This document shows, in pieces, positions 18,131 through 28,179 of a DNA stretch of 64,000 nt; position 1 is the first letter of the stretch, and the number at the start of each line of letters is the position of its first letter. The notes under the pieces were generated by a model, which was given only the letters and a program-made list of their open reading frames with translations, was not told the DNA's origin and made no database searches. A program made the translations under genes and the position numbers. Source of the DNA: Spirochaetia bacterium (lineage in GTDB: Bacteria; Spirochaetota; Spirochaetia; UBA9216); assembly GCA_963675665.1 (NCBI GenBank), contig OY776510.1:1344001-1408000 (forward strand). Reading direction: 5' to 3'.

Positions 18131-18159
18131 CAGCCTTACTGATTGCAGGAGGAAGCAGG

Positions 18160-19653
18160 ATGAAATATTTACTGGCACATGATTTGGGAACAAGCGGGAA
18201 CAAGGCTACTTTGTTTACAGATGAAGGGGAACTGGTAAAAAGCGTAACCGAATCTTATGATACCGTATACAGGAACGGAAACTGGGCGGAACAGAACCCT
18301 GAAGACTGGTGGAATGCAGTCTGCCGCTCTTCTCTGAAACTGCTAGACGGAGTTGATAAATCGAAGCTTGCATGCGTAGCTTTCAGCGGCCAGATGATGG
18401 GTTGTTTATGTGTTGATAAAAACGGTGTTCCTCTGCGCCCGCACATCCTGTACTGTGATCAACGCGCTGAAACAGAAACCGATAAACTTGTGAAAGCTCT
18501 TGGCGCGGACCGGATTTACAGTATCACCGGGCACAGACCGAGCGCTTCATACGCGATAGAAAAACTGATGTGGGTTAAAAATAACGAGCCTGAAATTTAT
18601 GCTGAAACGGCAAAAATGCTTAATGCAAAAGATTATATGAATTTCAGGCTTACCGGACGAATGGTTACTGATTATAACGACGCCTCCGGAGCCAATGCCT
18701 TTGATTTAAAAACGCTGAGCTGGTCCGACAAGATTATAGATGCAGCAGGGGTTGACAGAAAGATGTTTCCTGAAGCTGTTCCTTCAATTGAAATTATCGG
18801 GAGAATAACGGCTGAAGCTTCAGCTGCAACCGGAATTCCCGAAGGTGTGCCGGTTGCAGCAGGCGCGGGAGACGGCGGGTGCGCCACTGTGGGCGCCGGT
18901 TCGGTATCGCCGGGAAAAACCTACTGCTATCTGGGATCGTCCTCATGGATATCAACAACCAGTAAAGCACCGATGCCGGATAAAGAGATGAAAAATTTCA
19001 CCTGGGCTCATCCGGTGCCGGGGTTGTACCAGCCCTGCGGAACAATGCAGACTGCAGGCAGTTCATATGCCTGGCTGAGGGAACATCTTGCCGACGGTAA
19101 ACCCTATGATGAAATTAATGAACTTATTGCAGGGTCGCCTGCGGGTGCGAACGGGGTGGTCTTCCTGCCGTATATGCTGGGCGAACGTAGCCCGCGCTGG
19201 AATCCCGATGCAAGGGGAGCGTTTATCGGGCTCAACCTGGAAACCTGTCGGGCTGATATGTACAGGGCTGTTCTTGAAGGGGTGTCGATGAATCTCGACA
19301 TAATACTGAAGCTGATGCAGTCCGGCACTGATATCAGGGATATACTACTGATAGGAGGTGGAGCAAAAGGCGCCCTGTGGCGACAGATACTTGCCGATAT
19401 TTTCGGAATCCCCGTAAAGGTTCCGTATTATCTTGAGGAAGCAACCAGTATGGGCGCGGCCATTATCGGCGGGGTCGGCTGCGGCGTGTTCAGCGATTTT
19501 TCAGCTGTGGAAAAGTTTGTAAAAATAACCGGAAGCGCCGAACCTGTTGAGTCGAATCGGAAGATATATGAAAAGATTAAGCCGATCTTTGACGCATGCT
19601 ATACTTCGCTTGAATCAGGAGGGATATTCAGCAAGATAGCGGAAAATTTATAG
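18160..19653 (+). CDS. FGGY carbohydrate kinase (xylulokinase-like)
   Basis: HDLGTSGNK, SGQMMG, FLPYMLGERSP, RAVLEG, GGGAK. Confidence 0.92.
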   Translation: MKYLLAHDLGTSGNKATLFTDEGELVKSVTESYDTVYRNGNWAEQNPEDWWNAVCRSSLKLLDGVDKSKLACVAFSGQMMGCLCVDKNGVPLRPHILYCDQRAETETDKLVKALGADRIYSITGHRPSASYAIEKLMWVKNNEPEIYAETAKMLNAKDYMNFRLTGRMVTDYNDASGANAFDLKTLSWSDKIIDAAGVDRKMFPEAVPSIEIIGRITAEASAATGIPEGVPVAAGAGDGGCATVGAGSVSPGKTYCYLGSSSWISTTSKAPMPDKEMKNFTWAHPVPGLYQPCGTMQTAGSSYAWLREHLADGKPYDEINELIAGSPAGANGVVFLPYMLGERSPRWNPDARGAFIGLNLETCRADMYRAVLEGVSMNLDIILKLMQSGTDIRDILLIGGGAKGALWRQILADIFGIPVKVPYYLEEATSMGAAIIGGVGCGVFSDFSAVEKFVKITGSAEPVESNRKIYEKIKPIFDACYTSLESGGIFSKIAENL

Positions 19654-20970
19654 TTATTGAATATCAAGCAGTTTTTCTTCAAGCCCGTGTCTGAATTCTG
19701 CTACGCCTTCTTCGGTATTCTGATCCATGGCAATAATCTTGAAGATTTTTTGATCGATATATTCGTCTATAGAAGAATACCATTTAAAGTTGGGATCAAT
19801 ATAACTGTTTTGAATAATGGATTGCAGGAAAGGATAACCTATAGCTTTTACAGATCCTTCGTCTACAGTAGAATTTCTATATATTTCCTGAACGACATTT
19901 TTATTTGCAGGTAAATTGTTGGTTTGATGCCAAATTTCCTTTTGAAAGTTTTCATTACTCGAGAGGAACTTCAAAAAATTAAAAGCAGCTTTTTTATTTT
20001 TGGATCTGGAACTCATTCCAACCTGGACAGTGTATAGTTTGGAGGACCTGTTTCCACAAGGGCCGGACGGAACCGGGATGGCATCCCATTCAAAATTCGA
20101 ATATTTCAGAATCCTGTAAGGATATGAGCCGTATACTCTGTATTCTGAATAATTAAATACTTTAAAACCGACTCTTCCCTGGGTGAAGTCCTTTTCCGTA
20201 ACCTGGGTACCTTTATTGATATTGTGCATTTTCTTTAAAAAATCCAGGGTTTCCTTCAGTCTTTTATCGGAAAATCCGATTTCATGAGAATCGGGTTTGA
20301 AAAGATATTTGTCGTTTGAGTAAAGTGCCTGGTGCCAGTCATATCCGTAAACACCGAATTGATCCAGGTCGCCGTCTTTATCTGTGTCCCGGGTCAATTT
20401 TGTGCAGATTTCCAGAAATTGTTCCCAATCCCATGAATAACTGTCTATTTCAATATTGTTTTTTGCAAGGAGATCTTTATTTACGATTAAAAATGAAGGA
20501 ACGATTGAAATTGGAAGAGAGTATTGTCCTCCTCTAAACGAACCGGCGTCGAGTGCTCTTCTGTAATAGTTATTTTTATCAAAAGAGAGATCTTTTTCTA
20601 TATAAGGGTTTAAATTTTCCAGTAATCCGATTGATGCATAAGTGTTGAAGTCTTCTTCAACCATCAAAAATAAATCCGGTTCATTGCCTGTTAAAATCTG
20701 CTGGGCGAGTCTTTCTGAGTAATGACTGTATAAACTTCCGGTTTTATATTCTATCTCAATATTCGGGTGATCAGGCATAGTGGTGTACATCTCAGCTGCT
20801 GTGTCGTATATGGCATATGCAAACGCCTGCGGAACTCCCCAGTTGTTACCTGTGTATAGCGACATTCTGATTTTTACCGGTTGGGTTGCCTTCCAGTACC
20901 CGAAACTGATTCCCGATACTATTGCTGCCGAGATGAAAATAATTATTATCCTTTTTAGAACTCTATTCAT
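19654..20970 (-). CDS. Extracellular solute-binding protein (family 1) co-encoded with a two-component system
   Basis: N-terminal membrane anchor, PDL, LENLNPY, WDWE..., calcium-loop-like DTDKDGDLD. Confidence 0.8.
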   Translation of the reverse strand: MNRVLKRIIIIFISAAIVSGISFGYWKATQPVKIRMSLYTGNNWGVPQAFAYAIYDTAAEMYTTMPDHPNIEIEYKTGSLYSHYSERLAQQILTGNEPDLFLMVEEDFNTYASIGLLENLNPYIEKDLSFDKNNYYRRALDAGSFRGGQYSLPISIVPSFLIVNKDLLAKNNIEIDSYSWDWEQFLEICTKLTRDTDKDGDLDQFGVYGYDWHQALYSNDKYLFKPDSHEIGFSDKRLKETLDFLKKMHNINKGTQVTEKDFTQGRVGFKVFNYSEYRVYGSYPYRILKYSNFEWDAIPVPSGPCGNRSSKLYTVQVGMSSRSKNKKAAFNFLKFLSSNENFQKEIWHQTNNLPANKNVVQEIYRNSTVDEGSVKAIGYPFLQSIIQNSYIDPNFKWYSSIDEYIDQKIFKIIAMDQNTEEGVAEFRHGLEEKLLDIQ

Positions 20971-21631
20971 CTATCTCTTTCAGCAGCAATCCCGACTGGA
21001 TTGCAAAAATTGCGATTTGTGTTCTGTCTCTAAGGTCCAGTTTTTTCAGAATCTGACTGATATAGTTTCTGATTGTACCCTCCGATAGATTTATCTCATT
21101 TATAATCTCTTTGTTTGAGTATCCTCTGCCTATCAACTGTATTATTTTCATTTCCACTGAAGATAATTCTTCGATGTCTTCTTCCGGCTGATTTGTAAAA
21201 AAAGATTTCGCCATTTTACAGAAAATTCTGAATACCTTTTGCGCCGTTTCCGGTTCAATTGAAGCGCCACCGTCATAGACGGTCTCAATACTGTTGCAAA
21301 GATCTTTCTTTGAAATTCCTTTAAGTAAAAATCCGTCGGCCCCGTTTTTTAACGAATTATAAATATACTCATCACTGTCAAAGGTTGTAAGCATAATAAT
21401 TTTTATTGAATTATTTCTGTCTTTTATTATTTTTACGCATTCGATTCCGTTCTGTTCCGGCATTCGTATATCCATCAGGATAACGTCGGGATTCAGGGAG
21501 TTGCTCATATTTATGGTTTCCCTTCCGTCTTTAGCCATACCGATAACCTCAAAACGTTCATCGGTTGACAGAAGAAGTTCCAGGCTGTCGCGTAATAACT
21601 CCTGATCGTCAGCTATCAGTACTTTTATCAT
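20963..21631 (-). CDS. NarL/LuxR family response regulator
   Basis: ADDQ, MDIRMP, LTTFD; C-terminal HTH GTIRNYIS..LRDRTQ. Confidence 0.95.
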   Translation of the reverse strand: MIKVLIADDQELLRDSLELLLSTDERFEVIGMAKDGRETINMSNSLNPDVILMDIRMPEQNGIECVKIIKDRNNSIKIIMLTTFDSDEYIYNSLKNGADGFLLKGISKKDLCNSIETVYDGGASIEPETAQKVFRIFCKMAKSFFTNQPEEDIEELSSVEMKIIQLIGRGYSNKEIINEINLSEGTIRNYISQILKKLDLRDRTQIAIFAIQSGLLLKEIDE

Positions 21632-22955
21632 TAATTCTGTTTCTCCTTAATGGTATAATTGCTGTAGTACGGAAACCCTTATTTATTTTTGATTGATAGG
21701 TAATTTCACCTCCGAGAAGGTTTACCTGCTCCTTCATGTGCGACAAACCGAAACCGTCGTTTATCTTGCTGCACCCCGTTCCGTTGTCTATAACCATAAT
21801 CTTTAGATCGGGCAGTTGGTAATCAAGGCAAACAGTTATTCTGTCGGCGTTGCCGTGCCGTATTGAATTAGTGAGGCTTTCCTGTATAAGTCGATATACC
21901 GATAATTTTTCATCGTGCTCAAGTGATATAGGAGTACCTTCTATGGTGTATTCAACTTTCTGTCTTCCTATAAGGTTGATATTTTCAACAAGCTCTTTTA
22001 TTGATTCTATCAAGGTCGTGTCGTCTATAGCATCCTGTTTTAGCTGTTTAACAGATCGGCGAATATCTCTCAATCCTTTATCTGAGACTTTCTTAATCTT
22101 TTGTAACCGGGAATTTAATGAAGTTTGAGAGCTGTCTACCACTTCAAGACTTGCTTCAAGTCCGGTTGAAATACAGGTAAGGGAATGTCCCAGGATGTCA
22201 TGTATCTCATGAGCCAGTCTGTTGCGTTCCTTCAGTCTGCCTGCCTCTTCAAGTTTCCCGTTTGCTATTTCCAGTTTTTCAAGATTGTTCTTTAGCTTGT
22301 TATTAAGTTTTATAAATTCCTTGTTTTCCCTGATCTTGCTGTTAATAAGTAAATAAAAATGAAGAATTATCATTATCAAATTCAGTGAAGTTAAAATGCT
22401 TATTATACTGTAGAGGTATATTTTCATTGTCGGCTGGTGGTACTCCACATAGTCCTGAAAAGAAAGCATATTCATTCTGACGGTAAACAGATCATAATCA
22501 AAAATTATAAAACTGAACAAGGCAAGAATCATAATTATCAATTTTATCGGGAAGGATGAATTATGTAAAAAAAGTCCGGCTATCAGAAACAGGAAATAAC
22601 CGTTATAACTGAAATTCAGTGTATAAGAAATTAAAATCAAAAAGAAAAGATCCAGAATGTAAAAATATGGAACGCCTCTGGATTCTTCATCAAGAACGTT
22701 GAACCGGACGATATTTGAGAGTCCGATACAAAGAAACAGAATTATACTGTATGTCGGTACTTTCCAGGCTACATGAGGAAGGTATCTTGCTGCTTCAAGA
22801 AAACCTCTGGCTTTATCGTCATCGATAATTTTATATATCGTTAAACATATTGTAAAAGAGATGAATAAGACAATGATGAAGTTAATACCGTACAGCGCCC
22901 TGTAAACAAGTCGAACCCTTTTGTCCACCACACTATAGTAACATGATTTTTTCAT
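21609..22955 (-). CDS. Membrane sensor histidine kinase (HisKA_3)
   Basis: Multiple TM segments, ERNRLAHEIHDILGH, QESLTNSIRHG, DNGTG, GFGL. Confidence 0.93.
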   Translation of the reverse strand: MKKSCYYSVVDKRVRLVYRALYGINFIIVLFISFTICLTIYKIIDDDKARGFLEAARYLPHVAWKVPTYSIILFLCIGLSNIVRFNVLDEESRGVPYFYILDLFFLILISYTLNFSYNGYFLFLIAGLFLHNSSFPIKLIIMILALFSFIIFDYDLFTVRMNMLSFQDYVEYHQPTMKIYLYSIISILTSLNLIMIILHFYLLINSKIRENKEFIKLNNKLKNNLEKLEIANGKLEEAGRLKERNRLAHEIHDILGHSLTCISTGLEASLEVVDSSQTSLNSRLQKIKKVSDKGLRDIRRSVKQLKQDAIDDTTLIESIKELVENINLIGRQKVEYTIEGTPISLEHDEKLSVYRLIQESLTNSIRHGNADRITVCLDYQLPDLKIMVIDNGTGCSKINDGFGLSHMKEQVNLLGGEITYQSKINKGFRTTAIIPLRRNRINDKSTDS

Positions 22956-23020
22956 TTTATCTCTCTGATTTTTGTCAGAAGGAATATGACAATTGTAATA
23001 AAACTGGTGACATATTATTT
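22943..23020. promoter_or_regulatory. Phased TGA(C/T)..TGTCA-like boxes, candidate response-regulator sites
   Basis: CTGATTTTTGTCAG 22965, ATGACAATTGTAAT 22986 and GTGACATATT 23007 are 21 bp apart; weaker box at 22943. Confidence 0.45.
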
Positions 23021-23112
23021 ATTGCAGGAAAACAGAAACCCCTTTATTCTAATATCAATGTTTGGGACTGGTACCGCTGAACAAAAACCATATTGAAAAT
23101 AGAGGATGAAAT

Positions 23113-24048
23113 ATGAAGAAAATTCTATTACTCGGACTTATTATCATTATAAGCGCCGGTGCAGTCTTTGCCGGAGGGCAATCTGAAGAGAGTGAGGGCT
23201 ATACTTTCGGTTATACTTGTATGACCATGAACAATCCGTTTTTCATTGCACTTGAAGGGGCGATTAGAGAGGCTGTTGAAGCCAATGGTGACAAGCTTAT
23301 TACGATGGATCCCGCAATGGATGTTGCAAAACAGATTAACCAGATTGACGACCTTATTGTACAGGGTATCGATGCTATTTTTCTTAATCCGGTAGATTGG
23401 GAAGGTGTTAGGCCGGCCCTGGTGGCGCTTGAGAAGGAGGGGATCCCGATCATTAATTTTGATACGGAAGTAAAGGACATGAACTTTGTAACAGCCTATG
23501 CCGGTTCCGATAACAAAAATGCCGGTTATGTTTGCGGGATGGATCTTGTAAAGCGCTATCCTGACGGAGGGAATATTGTTGTTCTTGATTCTCCGTTAAT
23601 GAATTCGATAAACGACAGAATCTCCGGTTTTATGTCCGCTATCGAAGGCAAGAATTTCACCGTAGTAGCACAGCAGGATGCAAAAGGCGATCTTCCTACA
23701 TCAATGAAGCTTATGGATGATATTCTCCAGGCACACTCCGATATCATCGCAATAATGGGTGGAAATGACCCCACAGCTCTGGGCGCTCTTGCTGCATGTA
23801 AGTCTGCAAACAGAACGGATATTCTGATCTACGGTGTTGACGGTTCTCCTGAAGCCAAGACGGAAATCGCATCAGGAAGTCAGTTTGTCGGATCGGGGGC
23901 GCAGTCTCCTATTTCAATAGGACTTGAATCGGTAAAGCTGGCATATAAAGTTCTTAATAATGAGCCTTACGAAGAGAGAATACCTGTAAAGACTTTTCTT
24001 ATTAACGAAGACAACGTAGGTGAATTCGGAACTGACGGTTGGCAGTAA
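23113..24048 (+). CDS. Sugar ABC transporter substrate-binding protein (RbsB-like)
   Basis: Signal peptide VFAGGQ, NNPFF, GSDN, GNDPTALG, YGVDG. Confidence 0.92.
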   Translation: MKKILLLGLIIIISAGAVFAGGQSEESEGYTFGYTCMTMNNPFFIALEGAIREAVEANGDKLITMDPAMDVAKQINQIDDLIVQGIDAIFLNPVDWEGVRPALVALEKEGIPIINFDTEVKDMNFVTAYAGSDNKNAGYVCGMDLVKRYPDGGNIVVLDSPLMNSINDRISGFMSAIEGKNFTVVAQQDAKGDLPTSMKLMDDILQAHSDIIAIMGGNDPTALGALAACKSANRTDILIYGVDGSPEAKTEIASGSQFVGSGAQSPISIGLESVKLAYKVLNNEPYEERIPVKTFLINEDNVGEFGTDGWQ

Positions 24049-24072
24049 TCAGCTTTTAAAAATAATTATAGA

Positions 24073-24106
24073 GGAAAACTCTGCCTTGTACGGGGCAGAG
24101 TTTTCC
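24073..24106 (+). terminator. Strong stem-loop after the binding-protein gene (attenuator or mRNA stabiliser)
   Basis: GGAAAACTCTGCC 24073-24085 and GGCAGAGTTTTCC 24094-24106. Confidence 0.65.
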
Positions 24107-24128
24107 GGATTAAGTTAAGGAACTAAAA

Positions 24129-25646
24129 TTGAGTCGTCAACCTTTACTGGAAATGAAGAACATCCGGAAGCAATTTCCGGGAGTTTTAGCTTTGAATAAT
24201 GTCAGCATCGAAATCCGGGCCGGAGAAGTTCATGCTCTGCTTGGTGAAAACGGAGCCGGGAAATCAACTCTGATAAAAATCCTGGGCGGAATATATTCTC
24301 TTGACGAAGGTCAGATTCTGATTAATGGTGAAAATGTTCAGATTAAAAATGTTCATGACTCGCAGCTTCAGGGGATAAGCGTGATTCATCAGGAACTTGT
24401 TCTGGTTCCGAAAATGACTGTAGCAGAAAATATTTTTTTGGGAAGAGAACCTGTAAAGAAAGCTGTAGTCGATAAAAAAAACCTGAACAGGAAAGCTTCC
24501 GGACTTTTAAGTGATTTTGATCTTGATATTGACCCGGAGTCTCTTGTAGAGAGTCTGCCAATAGCTGAGCAGCAAATGGTTGAAATAACCAAGGCTTTGT
24601 CTTTTAATTCAAAAATCCTCGTGATGGATGAGCCCACATCCTCTTTATCGGACAAGGAGGTCGACTTCCTGTTTGAGATTATCAGGAAACTCAAAGCTAA
24701 CGGGGTTGGAATAATATATATCTCTCACAGAATGTCGGAGTTAAGAAAAATCAGCGACCGGGTTACTGTTCTCCGGGACGGTGAGTATATAGGTACCGTT
24801 GTAACGGTTGAGACAGATCATGATACTTTAATTTCAATGATGGTAGGCCGTCAGCTGACAAATTACTATACAAGGACTTTTTCGAAACTGAAGAAGAAGG
24901 TCCTTGAAGTTAAAAACCTTGGAGATGGACATTTTTTAAATAATATCAGTTTTGATTTGCATGAAGGAGAGATCCTCGGTTTCGCCGGTCTTGTTGGTGC
25001 GGGCAGAAGCGAAGTAATGAAATGTCTTTTCGGATTAGACCCTTTTACCGAAGGGGAAATACTGCTTGACGAAGAACAAGTCGATATTCATTCTCCTTCT
25101 GATGCAATGAATCTGGGGTTTGGTTTTGTTCCGGAAAGCAGGAAAAAAGAAGCATTGTTCCTGGTCCAGAATGTAAAATTCAACACGACAATAAAGGTGT
25201 TACATGAATTTATAAATGGAATATTTGTTAACAATTCAAGGGAAGATCAAATAACCTCGGAATATATCAGGAAAATGTCAATCAAAACTCCATCCGGGCT
25301 TCAGCTTGTCGGCAACCTTTCAGGGGGGAACCAGCAGAAAGTCGTAATTGGACGTTGGCTTGCTACAAAACCAAGAATCCTGATCCTGGATGAACCGACT
25401 CGTGGCGTAGATGTAGGAGCAAAGGCCGAGATTTACGCAATTATGAACAAGCTTGCCATGCAGGGGATCTCGATAATAATGATCTCATCCGAATTACCTG
25501 AAGTAATAAATATGAGTGATCGGGTTGTTGTAATGGCGCACGGCACAATAAAGGGGTGCCTGAAAAAAGATGAGGTCAATCAGGAAAGAATTATGCATCT
25601 TGCCACTCAGCATATAAATGAAACACAAGTAGAGGATAAGGAATGA
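24129..25646 (+). CDS. Sugar ABC transporter ATP-binding protein (RbsA-like)
   Basis: GENGAGKST, MDEPT, LSGGNQQK, DEPTRGVD. Confidence 0.95.
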   Translation: MSRQPLLEMKNIRKQFPGVLALNNVSIEIRAGEVHALLGENGAGKSTLIKILGGIYSLDEGQILINGENVQIKNVHDSQLQGISVIHQELVLVPKMTVAENIFLGREPVKKAVVDKKNLNRKASGLLSDFDLDIDPESLVESLPIAEQQMVEITKALSFNSKILVMDEPTSSLSDKEVDFLFEIIRKLKANGVGIIYISHRMSELRKISDRVTVLRDGEYIGTVVTVETDHDTLISMMVGRQLTNYYTRTFSKLKKKVLEVKNLGDGHFLNNISFDLHEGEILGFAGLVGAGRSEVMKCLFGLDPFTEGEILLDEEQVDIHSPSDAMNLGFGFVPESRKKEALFLVQNVKFNTTIKVLHEFINGIFVNNSREDQITSEYIRKMSIKTPSGLQLVGNLSGGNQQKVVIGRWLATKPRILILDEPTRGVDVGAKAEIYAIMNKLAMQGISIIMISSELPEVINMSDRVVVMAHGTIKGCLKKDEVNQERIMHLATQHINETQVEDKE

Positions 25647-26641
25647 TGAAACAGAATCTTGAGGCAAAAACTGGAAAAAAGCGAAGCTTCTACTCAAATA
25701 ATTTTTTTATTCAGCTTATTAGGGAAAATATGGGAATTCTTATAGGGTTGGCTATCCTTTGTATAATCCTGACAATTCAGTCGCCTGTATTTCTCTCAAA
25801 AAACAATATACTGAATGTTCTCAGGCAGGTTGCAACCAATCTTTATATTGCCTGTGGAATGACAATGATAATAATACTCGGAGGAATTGATTTATCGGTA
25901 GGATCTGTAATTGCTTTGTCCGGAGTTGTAACAGGCGGCTTGATTGCTTTTGACGGCGCATCAATAATTGTTGCGGTTGTCCTTGGATTGATTGCCGGTC
26001 TTCTTGTGGGCGCATTCAACGGATTTGTTATTTCAACTACGACGATTCCGCCGTTTATTGTCACCCTGGCAACCATGAATATAGCCAGAGGCGCAGCGTA
26101 TGTATATACGGGCGGGCAGCCTATCAGGGTTATGTCGGACAGTTTCAATTTTATCGGTGCCGGTTATGTCGGGGAAGTTCCGATACCGATTATCTATCTT
26201 GTGGTTATTATACTTATATCTTTTTTTATTATGAGCAAGTCCAAATTGGGCAGGCATATATATGCAGTCGGAGGAAACCTGCAGGCCGCAATCTTCTCGG
26301 GTATAAAGACAAAACGGGTAGTATTTTTCGCCTATTTTTTCTCGGGACTTATGGCATCGATAGCAGGTATTGTGTTGGCTTCAAGAATGTTTTCAGGCCA
26401 GCCTACCGCCGGCCAGGGAGCAGAAATGGATGCGATTGCCGCTGTAGTACTCGGCGGAACCAGCATGAGCGGCGGTTCGGGAAAGATCGGCGGAACTGTT
26501 ATAGGTGCGCTTGTTATAGGGATTCTTAGCAACGGGCTGAACTTAATGGGAATAAATTCATTCTGGCAATATATAGTAAAAGGCGTTGTTATTTTAATTG
26601 CCGTCTATGTTGATTATTTTAAAAAGAGAACAAGCGGTTAA
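25643..26641 (+). CDS. Sugar ABC transporter permease (RbsC-like)
   Basis: GGIDLSVGS, PPFIVTL, YAVGGN, IAAVVLGGTS. Confidence 0.95.
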   Translation: MMKQNLEAKTGKKRSFYSNNFFIQLIRENMGILIGLAILCIILTIQSPVFLSKNNILNVLRQVATNLYIACGMTMIIILGGIDLSVGSVIALSGVVTGGLIAFDGASIIVAVVLGLIAGLLVGAFNGFVISTTTIPPFIVTLATMNIARGAAYVYTGGQPIRVMSDSFNFIGAGYVGEVPIPIIYLVVIILISFFIMSKSKLGRHIYAVGGNLQAAIFSGIKTKRVVFFAYFFSGLMASIAGIVLASRMFSGQPTAGQGAEMDAIAAVVLGGTSMSGGSGKIGGTVIGALVIGILSNGLNLMGINSFWQYIVKGVVILIAVYVDYFKKRTSG

Positions 26642-26709
26642 GCATTGAGGGCTGGTGAAAGAATTACACTTCGTTTGAATCAGGAGGAATGTTTGAAGGA
26701 TTCGAGTTT

Positions 26710-28179
26710 TTAAAATGAAGGAGACGCCTGATTGCCCGGTATTTTCGAGGAAACCGGAAGTTTGATTATAAATGTTGTTCCATTTCCCTCCTTGCTTTCA
26801 ACCTCTATTATTCCTCCGTGCTTCTGAATAATTCCGTGAGATATGGACAGCCCCAAACCGGTGCCTTTTCCGACTTCTTTCGTTGTAAAGAAGGGATCAA
26901 ACAGCCTGGTAAGATTTTCTTCAGGAATGCCTTTTCCGTCGTCTGAAATTCTGATAATGATCATGTCGTTTTCAAGACGGGATTCAATTGTCACCTTTCC
27001 GTGTGATTCTATGGCCTGGGAAGCGTTTACAAGTATATTGATAAATACCTGTGTGAGCTGGTCCGCCTTGCACGGAATGGGTTTCAGTTTTCCAAGTTTT
27101 TTATCAACCTCGCATTTATATTTAAGTTCATTCCAGGTAAGTCTTAATGCATCCTCAATTGCCTGGTTGACATCCGCTTCCTGAAAATCAGAGTTATCGC
27201 TTCTTCCGAATTTTCTAAGACCGGCGACAATTTCCTTTATTCTGTCGGCCCCGTCTATCGATTCTTCCAGGAGTTGTTTGCTGTCTTTGATCACAAACGG
27301 CAGGTCTTCTTTTTCGATCAGCGCTTTAATGATCCCGGTAATTTCTGTTGACTCTGGATCTGTATCAGGGGTAAAGCCGGAAACCAGTTTGCTCGTCAGT
27401 TCATAGAACGTTTCAATTATATTTACGTATTCAGTCATTGTATGGAGGTTGCTTGATATATAACCTGTCGGGTTGTTTATCTCATGGGCAACTCCTGCAG
27501 CAAGCTGACCAATTGAAGCCATTTTCTCACTGAGCACAAGCTGGTTCTGTGCTTTCTGAAGCTCGTCGTAAGCTTTTTTCAGTTCGTTGTTGCTGCTTTC
27601 CAGTTCCCTGGTTCTATGTGCTATGCGCAATTCGAGGTCATATTGCGATTGAATCAGTGCATCTTTCTGATAGCAGGCTATACATGCCACAGAGAGCCTG
27701 CCTGTGAGTTCCTGAAGAGGCGATACAAGCTCCCTGTCGAATTTTGAGTCCGTTTTGTTCAGAAAAATGAATCCTGTTTCCGGTATCTCCAAAACAAGAT
27801 TCTGGCTTGAGCCGATGGTTAACAGTTTTGGAGGAAACAGTTCTTCGTTATCTGAAACAATTCGCTCTGAAATCATTCTGTTTATGATATCCGTTAACTC
27901 ATTGTATTCTTCGCTGCCGGCAAAGATTCTGGGAAGAAGAAAAGTCCGTAATTTGGGCTGCAGATGACCGGGTTTTACATATAAAAAGATTCCGCCTGCG
28001 GAGCAATTGAGTTTATCTATAAAAACAGAAAGTGATTGCTTGAGCATTTGCTCCAGATCGAGACTTCGTCCTATAGACATTGCTATTTCATAGATAATCT
28101 GAAACCTTTTTATGTCTGTTTCCACGAATCCATACTCCTGTTCTTTCTTTTTTTCAGCATAATTCTTCGAAGAATACAA
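26710..28179 (-). CDS. Sensor histidine kinase (NtrB-like), apparently cytoplasmic
   Basis: EKMASIGQLAAGVAHEINNP, NA, DDGKG, FDPFFTTK, GTGLGL. Confidence 0.93.
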   Translation of the reverse strand: MYSSKNYAEKKKEQEYGFVETDIKRFQIIYEIAMSIGRSLDLEQMLKQSLSVFIDKLNCSAGGIFLYVKPGHLQPKLRTFLLPRIFAGSEEYNELTDIINRMISERIVSDNEELFPPKLLTIGSSQNLVLEIPETGFIFLNKTDSKFDRELVSPLQELTGRLSVACIACYQKDALIQSQYDLELRIAHRTRELESSNNELKKAYDELQKAQNQLVLSEKMASIGQLAAGVAHEINNPTGYISSNLHTMTEYVNIIETFYELTSKLVSGFTPDTDPESTEITGIIKALIEKEDLPFVIKDSKQLLEESIDGADRIKEIVAGLRKFGRSDNSDFQEADVNQAIEDALRLTWNELKYKCEVDKKLGKLKPIPCKADQLTQVFINILVNASQAIESHGKVTIESRLENDMIIIRISDDGKGIPEENLTRLFDPFFTTKEVGKGTGLGLSISHGIIQKHGGIIEVESKEGNGTTFIIKLPVSSKIPGNQASPSF

